Below are positions 20,684-29,010 of a DNA stretch of 64,000 bases, piece after piece (the stretch's first letter is position 1; every line of letters starts with the position of its first letter). The stretch comes from Fimbriimonadales bacterium. GTDB taxonomy: Bacteria; Armatimonadota; Fimbriimonadia; Fimbriimonadales; JABRVX01. Location of the stretch: positions 1 to 64,000 of the forward strand of contig BTVI01000001.1 in assembly GCA_045862955.1 (NCBI GenBank), written 5' to 3'. A program made the position numbers and the translations under genes. The notes under the pieces are model-generated. The model searched no databases. It was not told the DNA's origin and saw only the letters and a list, made by a program, of their open reading frames with translations.

Positions 20684-21201
20684 AGGTTAGCAGTGCTTGG
20701 CATCCAAAACGTCTAGGCATGGCTAAAAGCCTCCACCGCAAGCGGCGGAGGCATGCCACACCACTATCTCTCCACCCCCCATGGGGTGGAGAGACGAGAA
20801 GGCATGCGAGCCTCCATCCGAGGGCGGATGGAGGCATGGGAAAAAACCCAGGCATGGAAAAAACCTGTCGCGAATGATCCGGGCTATCTCTCCACCCCCC
20901 CATGGGGTGGAGAGACGAGAAGGCACGCGAGCCTCCATCCGAGGGCGGATGGAGGCATGGGATCATGGCGCCTCCATCCGAGGGCGGATGGAGGCATGGG
21001 AAAAAATCCAGGCATGGAAAAGACCTGTCACGAATGATCCGGGCTATCTCTCCACCCCCCCATGGGGTGGAGAGACGAGAAGGCACGAGAGCCTCCATCC
21101 GAGGGCGGATGGGGGCATGGGATCATGGCGCCTCCATCCGAGGGCGGATGGAGGCATGGGAAAGGTTAGCAGTGCTTGGCAGCCGAAACGTCTAGGCATG
21201 G
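20684..21201. repeat. Array B of the same REP-like hairpins, bounded by 39-bp direct repeats
   Basis: Order H3-H1-H2-H1-H2-H2-H1-H2-H2; AGGTTAGCAGTGCTTGGCAKCCRAAACGTCTAGGCATGG at 20684-20722 and 21163-21201. Confidence 0.92.
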
Positions 21202-21243
21202 ACGTCTAGGCAGGGCTTCGTCCAGGCATCGCACTAGCCAGGA

Positions 21244-24200
21244 CTAGAACCGAAGGGTGTAGTCCACTTTGCCTACCAGGTAGTTGCGGCCGCGTCCGCT
21301 CGGAATGTCATGCTCGTATTGGGTGTGGGACAGGGAGAAGCTGAGCGCGTTTAGCGGGTTCAGTGTGTGCGAGTAGCCTACTGTAAAGGTATGGCCGATG
21401 GTGGAGCGGCCATTCAGCGTGCTGGCCTCCACGCCATAGCCCACGCTCCAGAGGGGCAACCCTTCTCGCGTCTTACTCGTCAGTGTCAGGCCTCCCTTGC
21501 GTGCTATCTGCCCCTTCGTCGCATCGTAGGTAGTCAGGTAGCTGCCTACCAGATCATAGCAGTCGCTCATCTTGTAGTTCAGCCGCCAGTCGGCCGCACC
21601 CGTCGGGTTGATGATAGTGCCGAATGGTACGTCCTTGTTCTCGCGTTCTGGGTTCGCTGTTAGGTCGTGCACGAGCGTCAGCCGATCTCCCAACTTGTAG
21701 TCCAGGTGATAGTTTCGGATGATCTGCTGCGTACCACCCGGCAGGGTGCGGATCTTGTAGTTCAGGTTGAGGTGAAAGGGCAAACTCGGCTCGGGATCGG
21801 TCGCGAATCGGAAGGTGCGATCCACGGCGCGAATCCCCGTAGGTGTCATGATACCGGAGTAGGTCCAGCCTAGTTTGTTCTTGCCCCAATCGGCGGTGAT
21901 GGAGCCTGCCTTGTTCTCAACCTTGGTTACCGTTGCCTCGGCGAGGTTCTGGTAGCCGAAGGAGAAGTTGATGTTGCTGAGAGGCCCGAATGAGAAGGGA
22001 TTCACGTTCTTCAGGCCGAAGGTGCCCTGCGCCTTCGTATTGGTCAGGTCCAAGCGATCCTCGATGTAGCCACCCTGGAACTCCAGGTTCCACAGCAGCG
22101 TCTTGCTCAGGCTAAGGTTCTGGACCGATTTGCCATTGCCCATGCTATTCAGCGCGCGGGTGTAAGCCCATGTCAGTTGCGAGCCTTTGCCCAAATCGTA
22201 TTGCAGGTTGTAGGTGCGGTGCACCTCGTCCGCCCGCTGTTCATCGCGCTCGATGGTCTTCTCGGTAACACCGAACTTTGCGCGCGGGGTGAGGGCGCCG
22301 GAGATGCTTCGGACGCTCACGTGCTCCATATTCCCAGTGGTATCCGAAGTGCGCAGATCCTCGGCGAGAATCGCGAAGCCCCGGTAGAGAGAGCCTTCGT
22401 ATCGCCAGTGGTCTACCTGCTTCTCGACCGGCGCAGCGAGCGACCCGCCTCGGACTTCGCGTTCGGTGAAGCCGCTGAACTTACCGAGGCTGCCGAAGTC
22501 GCGAGCATAGGTGGTTTTCTCATGCAGATAGTCGTTCAGACTGGCGATGGGACTGTCGGCCCGAATCCGATCGTTGAAGTGCGACAGGTCGGTGCGCTTA
22601 TCCGGCTTCCAGGTTAGGAAGCTCTTCGTCTGTCCCTTGTGGATCTGCGCCGTCGGGTTATCCGCGTTGAACTGGAACAGCTCCAGCCGCAGCCCGCGGA
22701 CCAGGTCCACCTTGGCAGAGAGGTCGTATTGTGAGAAGCCTCTCAGCTCCTCGAACAGCTTTCGTTCGGCGTCGGCGACGGAGCCCGCGCCGAGAAACGC
22801 CTCATCCACCTGCCTTAGGTTGGCGGTGACCTCGTACAGCCCGCTCTTTAGGTAGAGGCTCTGCCGTTTCAGGCCGCCTAGCTCGCCCGCAATGCTCAGA
22901 TTTTGAAAGTTCAGCTTCCCTCCGCGTGGCAAGCCGAAACCGAGTGCCCACTGCGTCCGATGCATGCCGACCTCGCCACCGTAGAGAGCCTGCTCCATCT
23001 CGAACAGGTCGCCCATCCTTCGGAAGCCACGGTCTATGCGCTGGTCCAGGTAGCTGAAGGTAATGGAGCCAGAGCTGAAGCCCAGACGAAACCGGTCGAT
23101 ACCACCGCTCAGATCGTCAAGATGGAGGGTGTCGAACGAGAACTTACCGAATGGCCGGTGCAGGCTAAAGCTCTTGTAGTCGCGCGAGAGACCGCCCTGA
23201 CGAAGCAGAAACTGCGGGTCCTTCTCAGCGATCTTATCGTCGCCGGGTACGTAGCCCTGACGAGCCTCACGGATCATCTGCTGCTGCTCGTCTGGCCGCA
23301 GGCTCGCCATGCCGGTGAAGTCGGCGTCGGTCTCGGTAGAGGTCCATTTGGCCTCCCAACCCTGCCCACTGAGTGCGAGGGACTGACGTTGCAGGTCGCC
23401 GGTCGGGGTATCCACGGTGTCCTGGCGATAGGTGTTCCAGACGTCCTTGCGTCCAGCAAAGTCCGCCACGCTTACGGAGAATCCGGACCGCTGCCAGCCA
23501 CGCTCCTTGGCCCACTGTGCGCGCTCGCCCTCGGCAAGGTCGTTGAAGCGGCTGAAGCCGGCATCCACGCTCTGTTCGTAGTGGCTGAGCTTTACCTTCT
23601 CGCTCTCGAACCCGAGACTTAGGCGGTCAATCGAGCCTCCTGCATCGGTGATCTCGCTCTTATCGAACTTCAGCCCGCCGCCCGCGAAGCCGAGCGCCCC
23701 ACCCAGGTTCTCACGGTAGATGCCGCGCTCTTTGGCCCATTGTTCCGATTCCTTCTCGGCAAGGTCCTTGAACCTCGTAAAGGAGGAGCCGATGGAACGG
23801 GAGTTCCAGTAGAACGACCCGCTGCCCAGCTTCAGGTTGACCGAGCGTCGTTCGATGGTGCCCTTGCCGTCCGAGATGCTGCTGAAGTCGGTGCCCACGT
23901 CACCGCCTTCCTTGCCGAACCCGAAGGAGTAGCCGAGGCGCTCGATGCCGCGCTCCTTCTGCCAGGCGTTCACCTGCTCGGCGGCGACGCCCTCTTCACG
24001 GAGCGCCTGGAAGCCGTTGAACTTGGCGCCGACTTCTTGATAACTAAAGCCTGCGCGGAAGCCTCCCTCCTTCACACTAAGGTCCTGCACGATTAGGTGG
24101 TCCAACACGTCCGCCTGCTTGCGCGTCTGCTTTCGCTCGGGCGAGGCGGGATCGGCGAATGCCTGCATCCAGCGCTGGTTCGAGAGGAAGAAGTAGCCGT

Positions 24201-24738
24201 TCAGGCCGGTTCCGCTCGAGAGTCTGAAGTTCGTCGCGAGTCCGTACGACATGCGCTGAACGATGGAACCGTCTGCTCCGCGTTCGGCTGCCTGCAGGCT
24301 GAAGATACCCTTCATCCCTCCTGCCTGACCGAAGCTGAGCGACATCAGGTTCAGGTTGAGCGCCTTCGCTTCGCCTGCGAGCTTGTCACTGTGGCGATAG
24401 GTGATTTGCACAGACTGGTGCTGCTTGACGGCGCTGTAGAAGGTCAGGGTGCCAGAAGGGTAGTCGAGCGTGTAGTCCGTTCCGCGATTGAGCATTCGTC
24501 CGTCTACGCTCACACTTTCTGAGCCGGGCACGATTCCTGCGTAGCGGAGCGCGTAGCCGAAGCCGGTTCCGTTGCCAGGGAGCAGATCGCATGCGGCCTC
24601 GCCGGCAACTTGCGGGAGGGACTGAGAGGGATCGCTGCCCGAGGTCAGAGAGCCCGTATAGCCGGTCTGGCACGCAACGCGCACAGCCATCAGCGCGACG
24701 CATGCTATCAGCAGCACGGTTCGGGCAGACGGGCTCAC
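21244..24738 (-). CDS. Large exported protein, probable outer-membrane beta-barrel with internal repeats
   Basis: Signal peptide; amphipathic beta-strand pattern; C-terminal VDYTLRF; six F..F.DL.E.E...W.KERG-like repeats. Confidence 0.7.
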   Translation of the reverse strand: MSPSARTVLLIACVALMAVRVACQTGYTGSLTSGSDPSQSLPQVAGEAACDLLPGNGTGFGYALRYAGIVPGSESVSVDGRMLNRGTDYTLDYPSGTLTFYSAVKQHQSVQITYRHSDKLAGEAKALNLNLMSLSFGQAGGMKGIFSLQAAERGADGSIVQRMSYGLATNFRLSSGTGLNGYFFLSNQRWMQAFADPASPERKQTRKQADVLDHLIVQDLSVKEGGFRAGFSYQEVGAKFNGFQALREEGVAAEQVNAWQKERGIERLGYSFGFGKEGGDVGTDFSSISDGKGTIERRSVNLKLGSGSFYWNSRSIGSSFTRFKDLAEKESEQWAKERGIYRENLGGALGFAGGGLKFDKSEITDAGGSIDRLSLGFESEKVKLSHYEQSVDAGFSRFNDLAEGERAQWAKERGWQRSGFSVSVADFAGRKDVWNTYRQDTVDTPTGDLQRQSLALSGQGWEAKWTSTETDADFTGMASLRPDEQQQMIREARQGYVPGDDKIAEKDPQFLLRQGGLSRDYKSFSLHRPFGKFSFDTLHLDDLSGGIDRFRLGFSSGSITFSYLDQRIDRGFRRMGDLFEMEQALYGGEVGMHRTQWALGFGLPRGGKLNFQNLSIAGELGGLKRQSLYLKSGLYEVTANLRQVDEAFLGAGSVADAERKLFEELRGFSQYDLSAKVDLVRGLRLELFQFNADNPTAQIHKGQTKSFLTWKPDKRTDLSHFNDRIRADSPIASLNDYLHEKTTYARDFGSLGKFSGFTEREVRGGSLAAPVEKQVDHWRYEGSLYRGFAILAEDLRTSDTTGNMEHVSVRSISGALTPRAKFGVTEKTIERDEQRADEVHRTYNLQYDLGKGSQLTWAYTRALNSMGNGKSVQNLSLSKTLLWNLEFQGGYIEDRLDLTNTKAQGTFGLKNVNPFSFGPLSNINFSFGYQNLAEATVTKVENKAGSITADWGKNKLGWTYSGIMTPTGIRAVDRTFRFATDPEPSLPFHLNLNYKIRTLPGGTQQIIRNYHLDYKLGDRLTLVHDLTANPERENKDVPFGTIINPTGAADWRLNYKMSDCYDLVGSYLTTYDATKGQIARKGGLTLTSKTREGLPLWSVGYGVEASTLNGRSTIGHTFTVGYSHTLNPLNALSFSLSHTQYEHDIPSGRGRNYLVGKVDYTLRF

Positions 24739-24781
24739 GGAGTACGCGGTCCTCCTCGCAGTTCTCCCATCGGGGGTGTGC

Positions 24782-25720
24782 CTAGAACCTTCCTCGAACG
24801 AGTGTCAAACCGTCGCCCTTGGAGGCGCGATAGGACGGCTGGTCGATCGTGCGTCGAGCATCGCCCTCGGCCAGCGAGATGCGAATGCGTGACTTGTTCT
24901 CTTCGGTCAGCAGCGTGGACTCCGGACGCTGGGGCGTAACTTCGGCCGTCTTTGCTGCCACTGTCGGCACGTCCTTGGCTCTCGCGAGGTTGATGACTGC
25001 CCCGCTGTCGTCCACGGACACGATGATGTCTGGTTCGACCGGCTGCGTGGCCTCGAGTTCGACGGCCTTGAACCGCGCGGGCTGGTCCGTCGGGTCGAAG
25101 GGGAGCGCGGCCAGCATTCTCGGCGAGCCGATGTGCCCCGGCCGGGCGGCCGATGCGACCATCGTCGGCGCTGCGGCGACTTCACGAGTGGATGGCACTC
25201 TGTGCACAACCGACCTGCGGACTGAGTGCACGGCACGGACAGCCGTCGGGGCGTCGCGCGACAACGTCGCGTCGGCAACCACTCGGTCGGGAGCCTTCAG
25301 TATGTCGCCCTCGTTCAGCTCGGCGATGTGGTGCTCGCTGGTGACCGAAGGCGAAACCGTCGGCAAGTGGCCGGGCCGGAACGCCACGTACGCGAGGGCA
25401 ATCGCGGCTGCTGCCGCGCCGAAGCCAAGCGGACGCAACGTGAGGGCCAAGCGCACCCGGTCCGCGAAGGTGGGACGCCGCGTGGTAGCGCTCAAGATGG
25501 CGGAACGCAGCCGAGCGGGAGCTTCCACTGCCTCGATGGCTGCCATCTCGCCCAGCGAGTGCTCGAGCAGAGCGAACTCCCTAGCACATGCCGCGCAGGT
25601 GTCGAGGTGGGCGAGAAGCTCGCTGGCCTCGACATCGGAGGCCTCGCCATCGACGAAGGCGGACATCAACTCCCAGTACTTTTCTGTGCAGTTGTCGGGA
25701 TTCTCAGGACCAAAAGACAT
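24782..25720 (-). CDS. Zinc-binding anti-sigma factor (zf-HC2) with transmembrane helix
   Basis: C...ELMSAFVDGE...HLDTCAAC (HxxxCxxC); TM segment LGFGAAAAAIALAYVAF. Confidence 0.85.
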   Translation of the reverse strand: MSFGPENPDNCTEKYWELMSAFVDGEASDVEASELLAHLDTCAACAREFALLEHSLGEMAAIEAVEAPARLRSAILSATTRRPTFADRVRLALTLRPLGFGAAAAAIALAYVAFRPGHLPTVSPSVTSEHHIAELNEGDILKAPDRVVADATLSRDAPTAVRAVHSVRRSVVHRVPSTREVAAAPTMVASAARPGHIGSPRMLAALPFDPTDQPARFKAVELEATQPVEPDIIVSVDDSGAVINLARAKDVPTVAAKTAEVTPQRPESTLLTEENKSRIRISLAEGDARRTIDQPSYRASKGDGLTLVRGRF

Positions 25721-25963
25721 GAGACACCTCGGAACACAATTCCGTGTCTTTTGACCGTATCGAAGGGTGAGTGTGTCGGGATTCGTCCTGGCGATTCACA
25801 TAGGTCTGTGAACCTTGTGGGGGTCTCGTGCGTAGTTGGGGGGTGAGGTTTGCGGCTGAGGAAGCCGGCCGGGTTCGCCGATGAATGTGAGGGTTAGCCG
25901 CCCGACCCGAATGAGGCGACCCGCCGAGCGACGCCACTGTGCACAGCAGGGACGGAGGACCGG

Positions 25964-26269
25964 ATGAGCTACGACGAAGGCATTGGCCCGACGCGACCCA
26001 GGGAAGGCGCGCCAGCACCTCTTCGCATCACCCGCGATGAGGCGATGGCACTGCTGTCGCTATGCATGCTCGCGCCGGATTCCGTGGACCCCGCGGCAGA
26101 GCGAGGTCTGTTGAAACTGGCAAACGCCTGTAGGTCCGTTCTCGGCGACGGTGCCGACTCGATTGCTCTGGACCTAATGCCTCGGTCGGACGAGACCCGA
26201 GAACCCGCCGACCAGCCGGCCAGCGAATCCGCTAGAACTGCGGACCGAAGGCATCGCGGAGACGTCTGA
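25964..26269 (+). CDS. Hypothetical protein
   Basis: GGAGG RBS before ATG; 101-aa ORF with no recognised family. Confidence 0.55.
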   Translation: MSYDEGIGPTRPREGAPAPLRITRDEAMALLSLCMLAPDSVDPAAERGLLKLANACRSVLGDGADSIALDLMPRSDETREPADQPASESARTADRRHRGDV

Positions 26270-26630
26270 CTCGGCTTTCTCCGACGCGAATGGTGCTGCG
26301 CTGACCCCTCGTGGGGGAAGGCTCGACGACATCCGCCCTAATCCGCCCTGTCCAACAGCATCCGGTTCCGGGCACACTTGGAGACCGTGGACGAGGCCGG
26401 CTCAGGATTCCATCGGAGAGACCCCGGCGTTCACTACAAGCGTTGCCTATGCGGATGATGCACTTCCGGCTTGCACGGGTGCCATGAAGTACCTATCGCT
26501 GAATCGAGCGACGGAGGCAGCGAGCGACACCGTCGCCACCGAGAAGAACGTCGTGCAGAACGCGCGGACGCTGGTCATCAACCGCAACCTCGGGTTTCGG
26601 TACGCCCGGAGAGTCGGAGAAGCGGCTAGG

Positions 26631-27191
26631 CTAGACGCGGGACTTGGCGGGTCCGGCAAGGCCCTTCTTGCGAGCTTGCTGACAGCGCGGACAGAGCGCC
26701 TCTCGGAAGGCCGCCACGCTGAGTTGCGTCTGGCTGAGTGTCAGCGCTTTACCGCACTCCCCACACACGCCGGCTGCCTTCGGAATCTGCGGCGCCGGTT
26801 CCGACGGACTAGATACCACCTCGCCGTCGGCCTCGAATACCGCACGCTCCGCGGGTCCGGTGTCGGGTAGCTCCTCGAGCGCAGCCATTCCCATGTTCAC
26901 GGCATCTCGGAGTGCTCGGGCCTTTGCCCGGGTCTCGGCCATTCGGATCAGGCAGGTCACGAACTCGGGCGGGACGTTGTCGGGGGCTGCGTCTCCAAGG
27001 CCGTAGAACGTGCCCTTGGAAGTAACGACCTTTGCGCGGCAGATGGCAACTTCGCCGTTCATCGGTCCGGGCACCTGGATCAGCTCGGTCTCGACCGAAC
27101 TTAGGCCCTGCGCATGCGCTTCGTCCAAGAGCCCCGCGTACAGCACGAAACTCCGCCCGCCACGGTCCACGATGAACTGCTTCTTAACCAT
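26631..27191 (-). CDS. Putative single-strand annealing protein-like (RecT/Rad52 superfamily-like) with C-terminal CxxC-CxxC
   Basis: G.GDA.P.N...IRMAETRAKARALRDA motif; CGEC...CPRC; RBS AGGTGG before MVKKQF. Confidence 0.55.
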   Translation of the reverse strand: MVKKQFIVDRGGRSFVLYAGLLDEAHAQGLSSVETELIQVPGPMNGEVAICRAKVVTSKGTFYGLGDAAPDNVPPEFVTCLIRMAETRAKARALRDAVNMGMAALEELPDTGPAERAVFEADGEVVSSPSEPAPQIPKAAGVCGECGKALTLSQTQLSVAAFREALCPRCQQARKKGLAGPAKSRV

Positions 27192-27234
27192 CTGTCCCAC
27201 CTAGTAGACGACAGTATACTACACTCTGCGGGTG

Positions 27235-28296
27235 CTAGCCGCGGAACATCCTCGTGAGCGTGTCACTGAGCACCTGCGAGGTGTAGCGGACCAAAGAGAC
27301 CGCGGCAGCGTACCGCATCCGAGTGGGCCCGAGGACCCCGATGGTGCCCGCCTCTTCATCGCCGATGTAAAAGCGGCTTGCCACGATACTGCACTGGGAC
27401 AGCGAGTCCTGCCCGGACTCCGAGCCGATCACTACAGCGCTCTCACCTGTGGAGGACCAGTCCACCACATCCTCCAGCACCGAACCCCGTTCGAGCAGCG
27501 CGAGCACTTCCTCTAGCGAGGCGACATCGCGACGAAACTCAGGCTGCGCGAGTAGGTTGGCTATGCCATCGTGGATGGTAGCGCCGCGGGACAGCGAGCG
27601 GGCTGTCGCTTTGAGCTCACGAAACGCTTCTAGGGCCAGCTCGGCAGCTTGCGGCGGAAGGTTGGACGTGTCTGGCAGTTTGGCTCTGGAAAGCTGCCGG
27701 AGCGATCTGCCGGCGGCCGCGCCGGTAATCAGCTCGTTGGCCTTGCCCAAGTCGGTTATGCTGAGCGTGCCAGACGCGGCCACGGTGCGGTTCTCCACGC
27801 GGCCGTTGCTGAGCACGAGCACGAGGAGCACGCGCTCGGGGCCAACGGGTGACAGGATCACCTGCTTCACGAAGACCGAGTCGCCTGCCGCAGTGCCCGC
27901 AAGGGCGATGTAGCGGCTCATTCGAGCGAGTAAGCGACAGGACTCGGCCAACAGCGCCACCAGGTCGTCTCCGGAGCGCCCGATCTCTCGCAACCGGGCC
28001 CGCACGTCTGGTTCCGGGGCTGCCGGTATTTCGGAGTGGTCCACGAAGTAGCGATAGCCGCTGTCGGAAGGGATGCGTCCCGCGGAGGTGTGCGGCTGCT
28101 TCAAGTAGCCGAGGTCGCTCATCTCGGCCATCTCGTTACGAACGGTGGCGGGTTTCACATCGAGGCGGTAACGGTGCACGAGCGCCTCGGAGCCTACGGG
28201 CTCCGCGGTCTCTACGTAATCCTGGACCACCGCCCGGAGGATCGCCCACTTCCGTGCGCCTAGTTCTATTCTGGAAGTGTCTTTCGGTTCGCTCAT
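27235..28296 (-). CDS. hrcA: Heat-inducible transcription repressor HrcA
   Basis: Y..TAEPVGS, ATVRNEM, QPHTSAGRIPS..GYR.FVD, GVLGPTRM.Y. Confidence 0.96.
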   Translation of the reverse strand: MSEPKDTSRIELGARKWAILRAVVQDYVETAEPVGSEALVHRYRLDVKPATVRNEMAEMSDLGYLKQPHTSAGRIPSDSGYRYFVDHSEIPAAPEPDVRARLREIGRSGDDLVALLAESCRLLARMSRYIALAGTAAGDSVFVKQVILSPVGPERVLLVLVLSNGRVENRTVAASGTLSITDLGKANELITGAAAGRSLRQLSRAKLPDTSNLPPQAAELALEAFRELKATARSLSRGATIHDGIANLLAQPEFRRDVASLEEVLALLERGSVLEDVVDWSSTGESAVVIGSESGQDSLSQCSIVASRFYIGDEEAGTIGVLGPTRMRYAAAVSLVRYTSQVLSDTLTRMFRG

Positions 28297-28503
28297 CTCG
28301 TGAGATACCCGCCCGCCGCCGAGCGGCGGCGACAGCAGAGCCCCGATTTATTATACGTTGCGTGGAGGCGGTTCGGGGCGGGTGGTACTAGTCGAACTGG
28401 TCGAGCGAGGCGCGCGCGTCTTCGGTGCAACCCAATCGGCCTAGGGAGTGTAGGACTAGCGGGCCCGGCGACCGAGGATCTGGCCGGGAGGAAGGGGGTC
28501 CCG

Positions 28504-28776
28504 ATGATCGTTCAGATCGTTCAGACCGGAGTACTCGCGGTGCTCTGGTATCTCTGGTGGAAGTGGCCCGGCAAGGGGATGGTGCGTTCGTCCTTCACCG
28601 GCGTCACGGTACGGCAGCGCACGTCGAGCGGGGTTGGCGTGCTTGCATGGAACGTAGCGTTTTTCTCGCTTCTGCTCTCAGTCTGGGGCGTGCCGACTTG
28701 GATCACCATGCCACTGATGATCATCGCGGCCACGATTGCGCTCGTAGTCTCGATTTGGGCAAGAAACCCGGAGTAG
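28504..28776 (+). CDS. Small membrane protein (about 3 TM)
   Basis: Purine-rich RBS before MIVQIV; three hydrophobic segments. Confidence 0.6.
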   Translation: MIVQIVQTGVLAVLWYLWWKWPGKGMVRSSFTGVTVRQRTSSGVGVLAWNVAFFSLLLSVWGVPTWITMPLMIIAATIALVVSIWARNPE

Positions 28777-28794
28777 CCTGGGAGGAACAGTATC

Positions 28795-28870
28795 TGGCGC
28801 GCTCGAGAGGACTCGAACCTCCGACCTCCAGGTCCGCAACCTGATGCTCTATCCACTGAGCTACGAGCGC
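28795..28870 (-). tRNA. tRNA-Arg, anticodon GCG
   Basis: GCGCTCG acceptor stem, D-arm AGCTCAGTGGATAGAGC, anticodon arm TCAGG-TT-GCG-GA-CCTGG, GGTTCGAGTCC, encoded CCA. Confidence 0.97.
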
Positions 28871-29010
28871 GCGCCTCATCGATCTTACCGCATCGGCTAA
28901 GACCCGTTCAATCGGGAGCGTGCAGTGTCGGCCCTGTCGCAGCGGAGCTTCGTTCCGAGTACACGCGGGCCGCGAAGTATAATCGGTCGTTCGGTTGACG
29001 GGAGGCTATC

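Noticed and set aside
18145..21160. CRISPR array interpretation of the hairpin repeats
   Set aside because: Sequences between the hairpins are themselves repeated rather than unique spacers, there are three repeat types, and no cas genes are present
20592..21209. ORFs across array B
   Set aside because: Repeat-derived and open in several frames on both strands
25800..25950. c-di-GMP or c-di-AMP riboswitch
   Set aside because: Isolated words (GCAAAC, GATGAA) are present but the required stems and spacing could not be built on either strand
28300..28870. Integrative element at tRNA-Arg
   Set aside because: No integrase and no duplicated tRNA 3' end were found
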